Below, one piece after another: positions 19,246 to 26,971 of a stretch of DNA of 64,000 nt. The notes below the pieces were generated by a model. The model was not told the DNA's origin. It searched no databases and saw only the letters and a program-made list of their open reading frames with translations. The position numbers and the translations under genes are program-made. The stretch's first letter is position 1; every line of letters begins with the position of its first letter. Source of the DNA: Candidatus Multivoradales bacterium (lineage in GTDB: Bacteria; Acidobacteriota; Thermoanaerobaculia; Multivoradales; Multivoraceae); contig CBDCWI010000002.1 of assembly GCA_965223325.1 (NCBI GenBank), positions 3,552,001 to 3,616,000 of the forward strand, written 5' to 3'.

Positions 19246-19695
19246 ATGAGTAAGTCAGGACTCGCTTTGGTGTGCCTCGCGGCATTTGCGTCCGCGACCC
19301 TGTTGGCCCAGGAGAAGCGCACCTTCGACACCAGCAGTTGGCAGGAGCGCAAAGGCGGAGTGCTCTACAGTGACCCTGTAGAAGGAGCCGGCAAGGAACT
19401 TCGCCGTGGCCAGACCGTCACCGTGCACTACACCGGCTGGCTACCAGACGGTACGCAGTTCCAGTCCAGCCACGACAGCGGCCGGGCCTTTGTCTTCAAG
19501 ACCGGCCAGGGCCAGGTGGTCCAGGGCTGGGAGATCGGGTTGCCGGGAATGAAGGTAAAAGGCAAGCGCCTCTTGTTCGTTCCCTGGAAGAAGGGCTATG
19601 GAAAGCGCGGTGTCAAGAACCCGCAGACGGGCGAGTGGGTGATTCCGCCAGGGTCAGACCTGGTGTTCGAGATCGAGCTGTTAGCCGCTAACTAG
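19246..19695 (+). CDS. FKBP-type peptidyl-prolyl isomerase (exported)
   Basis: VTVHYTGWL, GWEIGLPGMKVKGKR, GYG, IPPGSDLVFEIELL; signal peptide. Confidence 0.92.
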   Translation: MSKSGLALVCLAAFASATLLAQEKRTFDTSSWQERKGGVLYSDPVEGAGKELRRGQTVTVHYTGWLPDGTQFQSSHDSGRAFVFKTGQGQVVQGWEIGLPGMKVKGKRLLFVPWKKGYGKRGVKNPQTGEWVIPPGSDLVFEIELLAAN

Positions 19696-19849
19696 CCGCC
19701 GGCGCGGGGCCGGCTCGCCCCAGTCTCTAAACGAAGACTGCGATCTCGTGGTCTAAGTCGAGCCGGTTCGAGGTGCCCGTTCGGGAGCTGCGGGGGCTCC
19801 ACCGTTTCGGTCAGGCAGACTGGCTCACTGTAGGCTCCGGTTCCACCTC

Positions 19850-22711
19850 ATGAGCGATCGCGAACAGAAGGGCACACCTTCGCTGCCGGCGAGTCCTCGC
19901 GAGCGCGGGACCGAAACCGTCCTGCCAGGCGAGGGCGCAGATGTCGAAGAACTGCCGGACAGCCTTGCCGTTGGCTCGGTCGTGTGTGACCGCTACGAAG
20001 TTCTGGCCAGGGTCGGGTCGGGCGGTTCGGCGACGGTCTACAGAGTTCTCGACCGCAAGACCGAACGCGAGCTCGCCCTCAAGCTCCTGCGCGAAGGCAG
20101 CTGGAACGACAAGACAAGAAAGCGGTTGCAACGCGAGGCAGAGCTTGGCCGAAACTTTGAGCACCCGCACGTAGTGCGGGTCTACGACGTGCATCTGGAG
20201 GACCCAGCGTTCCTCACCATGGAGTTCGTTTCTGGAGACACCCTGGCCGCTCGCATGCGAAGCGGCCTCGCGATGGAGGAAAGCCTGGGGATCACCCGCC
20301 AGATCGCCCTTGGTCTGCGCGCGCTCCACAAGGAGGGCGTCGTCCATCGAGATATCAAGCCCAGCAACATATTGACCGCCGAGGGTGTTGTGAAGATTGC
20401 CGACCTTGGCCTCTTGCGTCTGGTGGCGCCGGAGGCGACTCGGGTCACCGCTTCTGAGACGATCGTTGGCACCTACGAGTACGTCGCTCCGGAACAAGCG
20501 CTTGGTGCCGAGATCAATCCGGCGGCTGACCTCTACAGCCTGGGCGTAGTGCTCTTCGAGATGCTGACCGGGCGGCTTCCTCATCGCCACTCGTCGGCTC
20601 TCGGTGCTTTGCTCGAGCGCGTTTCGGACTCCGCACCGACGCTTGCCGAGGGGGGCTTTGAGGCTCCCGAATGGCTGGAGTCGCTCGTCGCGTGTCTCCT
20701 CGAACGTGACCCGAAGCGGCGCCTTGGGACGGCGGATGAGCTGATCGCGGTGCTCGACTCGCGACACGTGTTGACAGGTCACTCTGGACGGTCAAGACGG
20801 GATCGGCGAGCTGGTGCCACCTGGTTCCTTGCTCTTGTTGCCACCGCGGGGTTGGCGCTGGCAGCGTGGGGCGCCTATCGCGAACGAGTTTCCTACAAGG
20901 CGATTGTTCAGTTGCAGAAGGGCGAGGGTGTGACGGAGGCGGCCGGCGAAGACGGCGAAGTGCTGTGGTCACGAGCCGATCTCGAGCTGCAACGAGCGCG
21001 GGTGATTCGCGCTCCGGACGGGAAGCAGAAGATTGCAGCCATTCTCGCGGGCGCGGGCGAGAAGAGCATCGAAGTGCTTCAGCACCTCAGCGTTCTCGAT
21101 GCACAAACCGGCCAACTCGAGGCGAGCGTCAAGCTGGAATCGGGGGCGCACTACTTCCCGGGAATAGGCCAGGCCTGGCGGGTCTATCTCGATGCCGACG
21201 ACCTCAACGGTGATGCTGTCGACGAGGTCCTCGTCACCTACCAGCACGCGACGAACTTCCAGTCGTTCTCTGTGCTGTACGAGCCGTCAACGGGTCAGAG
21301 TCGCGCCGTCGCGGTTTCGTCGGGGCACCTGGAGTACCAGGGTGCCACTGACCTCGACGGTGACCGCGACCAGGAGCTCCTGTACTCCGCCTGGGCGCAG
21401 AATTTCGGCGATCGCCGAGCGATCATGGCGGTCGATGTGGCACCGGCGGTTGGCAGCCGGGGTTCCGGGGCTCTCTTTCCAGCCTTTTCACCGGACCGTC
21501 CGGACGCCGGTCTCGATCAGGGTCGAGTTCTCGAGTGGTATCAGCTCCTGCCTCGCGAATCATGTCCTGCACAGACCTGTGTGCAAGTTTCCCAAGCGGG
21601 CGACCGGCTCCTGATCGACGGCCCAGCACCGTTCGAACTCACCGTCATGGGCTTCGAGACCGGTCCAGGAGGTCTCGATCCTGCGCGCGCTCGCAACCGC
21701 AGGCTGGCGTACGCGGAACTTGCCCGAGCCAACAGCCTACGCACCTCGGGATCTGGGACGCAGGCGCTCGAGTTTCACGCACGAGCCCTGCAGGCCGCAC
21801 GCGCGGCGCGGTTGACAGAACTGAGCGAGTGGATCGAGGCTTTGCGGCCGACGTTCCTGGTATCGGCCGACCGCTTCGAACAGGCAGAGCGAGAGCTCTT
21901 GCTGATGCCGGAAAAGCCCGACTGGGCAGAAGGAACCTATCTCGCCGCACGCGAGATGCATCTTCGCGGCGAACCTGCCCGTGCCGTCAGGTGGCACCGC
22001 CTTGCTCTCGAGCGCTCGCGAACCGGGGGCTGGTCGACGAGACCGATCGAGTACTTGATCAATGTAGCGCTTGCGACCCTCGAGAGTCAGGATTGGGAGA
22101 CGTTCTGGGAGATCTTCGAGGACTACGAAGCGAACGAATGGCTGCGCGATCAAACCAGCACGAAGGTCATCCGTCAGCTCGCGAAGGCCTGGTCGGGCAG
22201 CAAAGAGAAGGTCGGGCCACTTCAGATCGAGGGCCAGCTGGCCCACGACGAGATTCGCTACTGGGATCTCGAGCACCGCTATCATCGTGGCGACCGCGAA
22301 GGCTTGCTCGATGCCTTGAGGGTCGAGGTCCAGGTGAATACCGAAGCAAGCGCCCCGACGCGCTCGCTCCTGGCCTTGATGGAAGGCGAGAGCGGGGACT
22401 TGGAGGGGGCGATGGTGCTCGCGAGACAGGCAGACCTTCAGGCGGCGAGCGATGCGGCGATCGATGTGGTTGCGCGGGTCTACCGGGCGGAGATTGCCAG
22501 GCGCCTCGAGCAGGTCGCGTCGATGGTCGAAGAGAGCAGGCGCTCTAGTGGGTTCGTTCCAGAGGTCGAGCGGAGTCTTCGATCGAGCCGGGCTTTCGAC
22601 GCGGGTGTATTGGAGTTCATCGAGTTCTTGTTGCAGGGCACTAGCGATCCGACCCGGGCGACTCCTGTGGAAAGAGACGCTTCATTTTCAGTCCGAGTCC
22701 CTGGCGGCTGA
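19850..22711 (+). CDS. Membrane-anchored Hanks-type Ser/Thr kinase with extracytoplasmic FG-GAP-like and helical (TPR-like) regions
   Basis: GSGGSATVY, ALKLL, HRDIKPSNIL, KIADLG, GTYEYVAPEQ, DLYSLG; TM WFLALVATAGLALAAW; DLNGDAVDEV and DLDGDRDQEL Ca-loop motifs. Confidence 0.88.
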   Translation: MSDREQKGTPSLPASPRERGTETVLPGEGADVEELPDSLAVGSVVCDRYEVLARVGSGGSATVYRVLDRKTERELALKLLREGSWNDKTRKRLQREAELGRNFEHPHVVRVYDVHLEDPAFLTMEFVSGDTLAARMRSGLAMEESLGITRQIALGLRALHKEGVVHRDIKPSNILTAEGVVKIADLGLLRLVAPEATRVTASETIVGTYEYVAPEQALGAEINPAADLYSLGVVLFEMLTGRLPHRHSSALGALLERVSDSAPTLAEGGFEAPEWLESLVACLLERDPKRRLGTADELIAVLDSRHVLTGHSGRSRRDRRAGATWFLALVATAGLALAAWGAYRERVSYKAIVQLQKGEGVTEAAGEDGEVLWSRADLELQRARVIRAPDGKQKIAAILAGAGEKSIEVLQHLSVLDAQTGQLEASVKLESGAHYFPGIGQAWRVYLDADDLNGDAVDEVLVTYQHATNFQSFSVLYEPSTGQSRAVAVSSGHLEYQGATDLDGDRDQELLYSAWAQNFGDRRAIMAVDVAPAVGSRGSGALFPAFSPDRPDAGLDQGRVLEWYQLLPRESCPAQTCVQVSQAGDRLLIDGPAPFELTVMGFETGPGGLDPARARNRRLAYAELARANSLRTSGSGTQALEFHARALQAARAARLTELSEWIEALRPTFLVSADRFEQAERELLLMPEKPDWAEGTYLAAREMHLRGEPARAVRWHRLALERSRTGGWSTRPIEYLINVALATLESQDWETFWEIFEDYEANEWLRDQTSTKVIRQLAKAWSGSKEKVGPLQIEGQLAHDEIRYWDLEHRYHRGDREGLLDALRVEVQVNTEASAPTRSLLALMEGESGDLEGAMVLARQADLQAASDAAIDVVARVYRAEIARRLEQVASMVEESRRSSGFVPEVERSLRSSRAFDAGVLEFIEFLLQGTSDPTRATPVERDASFSVRVPGG

Positions 22712-24440
22712 TGCCGAGTCGTCGGGCCGTCGCGGTCTTGTTTCCGGCTTCTGTTATCAGGGCCTCTCTGATCAGGCGGCGTTCGAGGGCATCGACTTGA
22801 TCCTGAAGAAGACCTCCACTGCTGTCGAAACCTTCGCGGTTGGTCCCGAGCGGTCCGCCTGCTGACTGGGGGGACTCGTGCTGCGTCTCGAACACTCGGA
22901 AGTGCCTGCTCTCCAGTTGCCCGCCGTCGTCGCACAAGAGCACAGCTCTTTCAACGGCGGTGCGCAACTCGCGCACATTTCCTGGCCAGTTGTGACGGAG
23001 AAGAAGGTCGAGCGCCTTCGCACTCACCCCCTGGATGTGTTTGCCATACCCCGCCGCTGCATCGGTGGCGAACTTGAGGACCAGAACGGGAATGTCGTCG
23101 CGCCGTGCGCGAAGGGGTGGGATCTGGAAATGCAAACCACAGACCCGGTAGTAAAGATCACTTCTGAACGCTCCCGAACTCGTCGCGCGAACGAGATCGA
23201 CGTTTGATGCCGAAATGACCCGGGCGTTGACCTTGCGAGGAACCGTGCCGCCGAGCGGAAGGACCTCGCGTTCCTGGAGAACGCGAAGCAGTTTCGCTTG
23301 AAGATGCGACGTGAGCTCGCCAATCTCGTCGAGAAGGATCGAACCGCCCTCGGCGGCAACGAAGAGTCCAGAGCGTTTCGACACGCCTGTGGCCACACCG
23401 GATTCAACGCCAAAGAGCTGTGCTTCGAGAAGCTCAGCCGGAATCGCTGCGCAGTTGAGTGTTACGAACGGTCCCTTCGCTGTCTTGCCCGAGCGGTGAA
23501 TGATGCGGGCAAACACCTCCTTGCCGACCCCGGTCTCGCCGGTGAGCAGCACATCGAGATCGCTCCACACCGTCGAACGAATTTGTCCCAGAAGCTCCTC
23601 GGTGGCCGCCGAGGAGCCCAGCACGATGCCAGGAGGCACATCGAGAGCCTGGTCGCGCGGTAGTCGCCGGTCAGGAAGCAGGTGCCTAGGTGTCGTCTTC
23701 CCCCAACCCGCGAGGAAAGACAAGAAGTCGACCTGCCACTGGCGAGGCTCGTGGGCGAGGAGCGCGACGAGCCGCTCAGAGTCAGCCAGGGCGCCCGTCG
23801 AGAGCAGGAACCGGTCCGGGTCCAACTCGACGGCCACACCGGGACGTCCAGCTGCAGCGGTCGCCAACTCCGCGGCATCGAGCGTGGTCCCGGCCGTGGC
23901 CGAGACGATCGCGTCTCCATCATCGCCGGAACGCACCATCGACAGACCTTCGCCGTTCAGAATCCCCAGCACCGTGGGCAGAAGCTCCCGAAGGCGCTCC
24001 GCCGAATCCGCGTGCTCCCGCAGTCGCGCGACAAAACGCAGCGCGGCCACCGGACCCGAGGTCGTCGATGCGCCAGAAGCTGAGTCCGTATCAGGTGTGC
24101 CTGCCGACTCGTCTTCCGAGTCCGGGAACGAAAGGCCGACACGGTGCTCAGCGCTCGACACCTCCTCGAGCGTAGCCATCGCCCGGCCGATCTGGACCGA
24201 GTCCCCGATGCCGAGTACCACCTCGCTCTGCCTCTCACCATCACTCACTAGACCGTTCTTCGAACCAGCGTCCGCAAGCCGCGCACCCTGGCCTAACCGC
24301 TCCACCAACGCGTGTTGGGAAGAGATGCCCGGGAACCGACAGACGAAGTCATTCGCGTCGGACGAACCGATGGTGGTGGGTACGTCGTCGAGCGCGAAGT
24401 GGGCGACTTGGTTTCGGTAGCGGACTGCGAGTCTGAGCAT
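22641..24440 (-). CDS. Sigma54-type enhancer-binding protein (FHA-like, AAA+ and Fis HTH domains)
   Basis: FHA-like IGSS..ISSQHA..GSKNG; GETGVGKE, LNCAAIP, LFGVESGVATGV, LLDEIG, QAKLLRVLQE, WPGNVREL, GNKTATARRLGISR. Confidence 0.9.
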   Translation of the reverse strand: MLRLAVRYRNQVAHFALDDVPTTIGSSDANDFVCRFPGISSQHALVERLGQGARLADAGSKNGLVSDGERQSEVVLGIGDSVQIGRAMATLEEVSSAEHRVGLSFPDSEDESAGTPDTDSASGASTTSGPVAALRFVARLREHADSAERLRELLPTVLGILNGEGLSMVRSGDDGDAIVSATAGTTLDAAELATAAAGRPGVAVELDPDRFLLSTGALADSERLVALLAHEPRQWQVDFLSFLAGWGKTTPRHLLPDRRLPRDQALDVPPGIVLGSSAATEELLGQIRSTVWSDLDVLLTGETGVGKEVFARIIHRSGKTAKGPFVTLNCAAIPAELLEAQLFGVESGVATGVSKRSGLFVAAEGGSILLDEIGELTSHLQAKLLRVLQEREVLPLGGTVPRKVNARVISASNVDLVRATSSGAFRSDLYYRVCGLHFQIPPLRARRDDIPVLVLKFATDAAAGYGKHIQGVSAKALDLLLRHNWPGNVRELRTAVERAVLLCDDGGQLESRHFRVFETQHESPQSAGGPLGTNREGFDSSGGLLQDQVDALERRLIREALITEAGNKTATARRLGISRQGLGLKMKRLFPQESPGSDR

Positions 24441-24734
24441 GGTGAACGTTGATGATGTTAGTGCGCATCGTAGAGATCAGAAAAGGTCGGCATGAACAAG
24501 GAGGGCACCGTCGGTTGCCGAGGGTCGTCATCTGGTCCAGCGGGGAGTGGATCTTGTTGTCGTTGTCGGGCCGGACGATCGGAGCGGCGAGTTACTTTCC
24601 GGTGACCGTCAAGCGGGTGGTCGCCTCTGTGGCTGTTGCGCCCAAAGCAATGAGGCCATATGCGGGCATTCATCTTGCTTCCCTGGCCTTGCAGGACGAC
24701 CAACAGCAATTCCCGAGAAGGGTTGGAGCGAAAG

Positions 24735-26834
24735 ATGGTTCAGATGGTCTCGAGTCGCCTCGAGAGGGCTCTCGATTTGATCGCACTCGGGTTCAGCGAC
24801 AACGGCATCGCCTTGGTCGCTGCGACAGCCCTCCTCCTTCTTGCTTCGCCTCCGGTCTTGTCGCAGCCGCAATGTGCGTCACAGAAGAACATGACCTGCG
24901 ATCTACCCGCGCCGATCGGTCTGGCGGTTGCATCTTCGAACCCCACCGCGGTGTCGCTCAGCTGGCAGCATGACTCTCCTGAAGAGGAGGGCTTTCGGGC
25001 CTGCCGCAAAGCCGGAGCGGCTGGTCCCTGGGTGAGGGTTGACGATGACGACCTCGTTGCCGATTCGACATCGCATGTTGATGTGGTGCCGGTCTGTGGT
25101 GGCACGTATGCCTATAGGGTTTGGGCGTACTCGTTCGTCGATGGACTCCTCTGTGAGTCAGAGGAATCTAACGAGGCTGCTGTCGAGGTCGTCTGTGTCG
25201 ATTGCGTGGGTGACACCGACACGGGGGACTCGGATGCGGATGGGGTCTGCGACGACCAGGATGTCTGCCTTGGGATGGACTCGTTGGGAGACGAGGATCA
25301 CGACGGGTTCTGTGAAGACCGCGACCGCTGTCCGGGTGCTGACGACTCGATCGATCTCAATGATGATGGTCTCCCGGATGCGTGCGAGCGCCCAGTTCCG
25401 GGTGCGCTTCTTTCGCCCGAAAGCCCTGGGCAGAACGGCCAGACCCGCCTCGAGAACTTTGGGACGCTCCTAGACGCTCTCTTTGAGGGGCCTTGTGTGA
25501 CCCGTGAGGTTCCGATCGACGGGCTCGCCCACCAGCTTCCACCCTGGTTCGGTTCGTCCACCATCTGCACTGAAGAAGAGCTCAAAGCCGTTGATGGGAT
25601 TCCAGCGCAACCATCCTTTTCAGACTACCTGGTGGTTAGTGACGAGCTGTCAGAACTGGCCGTGGTGACTGCTGTGGGGACTTCGGAGTCGAGGTTCTTA
25701 GCCATTGATCGCACGATTGAAAAGTTGATCGCGGGCTCGACGCTCGGTGCTCTACCCTGCTGGCTTGCGAGCGTGGAAGGCGCGTCGCCTTCGTGTGCAA
25801 ACGAGTCCACAGCGACCTCAGCTTCGGTCGAGTGCCTCTTGGGTGATTCGGCGTCGGACGCTTCCGCTCGCCTTGGACTCTCGTACTACCTGGCTGCCGC
25901 GAATCAGCACTTTGCGGGTCGGGCCGACTACCGATCCAAGGCGACGGCGCTTGCGTATGCTCACCTGGAAAAGGAATATTCGTCGCTGGAGGGTGACGAA
26001 TGTCCGCTGGGGCCGTGGTCTGGAGAGAGGATCTGTCATTGGGCCGGCGGAGGCGCCAACACGGCGAGTGGACCCATCGCAGACCTGGTGATGTGGGTGG
26101 GCTACTACCCCGACATCATCAGGTTCTTGCTGGCGGCCTACAACGTGACTCGCGACAGTCAGTTTCTGATTCGTGCCCAGGAAGTCACGGAACAGTTCCT
26201 GTTGGCGAGTGAGTTCGACGGCTCCTCGTTGACGTTCGCGCGTGTCAACTTCAGATGGGACTTGACCGGCAGCCCAGCGCCGTTCAATGAGCCAAACGAC
26301 GGCGTCGAAGACTACTACTGGGAACAGGATCGGGCCTGGGATGCGGCGGACGCACCGCGAGCCCTCTGGATGGGTGACGTACCGCGGGCCTTCCGGCTGG
26401 CCGGTGCGGGCGACTCGACAGCCGGAGTTGTCACCGCCCTGGAGAGCTGGATCGCCAAGGTACAGGCCGCGACGGAGGCTGTCGTTGGGGACGAGCCAGC
26501 GTCCTGCATCCAGTGGAGCCACAGTGGGATTCCAGACCCTGGAAACTGCGGGGCCGGCTACTACGAGAACGGATTGGGCAGCGGGCTCTATCGGTCTCTC
26601 AACACAGCAGGCTTCAGACCCCGCATCGACGCCGCTCTCGAGGAGTTTGATTGGGAGGGTGAACCCCCCGGCGGATGGTTCGGTGCGGATTGCATGGGGA
26701 TCTATCGGAGCGTGAGGCCGATCAACGCGACTGCCAGTTCTATTGGGCTGACTGCGGCGGCGATGGGCGCATCCCTCTTTCAGGACGGCTTCGAGTCTGT
26801 AGGCACTGCGAGGTGGGATCGAACCGTCGACTGA
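24735..26834 (+). CDS. Secreted protein: FN3 domain, thrombospondin type-3-like Ca-binding repeats, divergent GH8-like domain and C-terminal FxDGFES motif
   Basis: Signal-like IALVAATALLLLASP; FN3 (VSLSW..EEGF..YAYRVWAY); DSDADGVCD, DEDHDGFCE and DLNDDGLPD repeats; VVSDELSE, DSASDA and DAPRALW; ends LFQDGFESVGTARWDRTVD. Confidence 0.7.
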   Translation: MVQMVSSRLERALDLIALGFSDNGIALVAATALLLLASPPVLSQPQCASQKNMTCDLPAPIGLAVASSNPTAVSLSWQHDSPEEEGFRACRKAGAAGPWVRVDDDDLVADSTSHVDVVPVCGGTYAYRVWAYSFVDGLLCESEESNEAAVEVVCVDCVGDTDTGDSDADGVCDDQDVCLGMDSLGDEDHDGFCEDRDRCPGADDSIDLNDDGLPDACERPVPGALLSPESPGQNGQTRLENFGTLLDALFEGPCVTREVPIDGLAHQLPPWFGSSTICTEEELKAVDGIPAQPSFSDYLVVSDELSELAVVTAVGTSESRFLAIDRTIEKLIAGSTLGALPCWLASVEGASPSCANESTATSASVECLLGDSASDASARLGLSYYLAAANQHFAGRADYRSKATALAYAHLEKEYSSLEGDECPLGPWSGERICHWAGGGANTASGPIADLVMWVGYYPDIIRFLLAAYNVTRDSQFLIRAQEVTEQFLLASEFDGSSLTFARVNFRWDLTGSPAPFNEPNDGVEDYYWEQDRAWDAADAPRALWMGDVPRAFRLAGAGDSTAGVVTALESWIAKVQAATEAVVGDEPASCIQWSHSGIPDPGNCGAGYYENGLGSGLYRSLNTAGFRPRIDAALEEFDWEGEPPGGWFGADCMGIYRSVRPINATASSIGLTAAAMGASLFQDGFESVGTARWDRTVD

Positions 26835-26971
26835 GCCTGCGGGTTGCCCGTGCGGAAAAGGCATCGCGCGCAAGCATGGCTCCGGTCCGAAGAAGGGCGA
26901 TGGCCCGCTTCCGTTCGGAAGCCGCTCCGATGCCGGCCGTTCGAAGGTGGAGACAGGATTGGGAGAGCACG

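Noticed and set aside
19821-19835. TGGCTC-N5-AGGC upstream of the kinase as a sigma54 promoter
   Set aside because: Spacing is right but the TTGC element is missing; likely chance in GC-rich DNA
24503-24518. Possible sigma54 promoter GGCAC..TTGC upstream of the secreted-protein genes
   Set aside because: GG-to-GC spacing is 11 nt rather than the required 10
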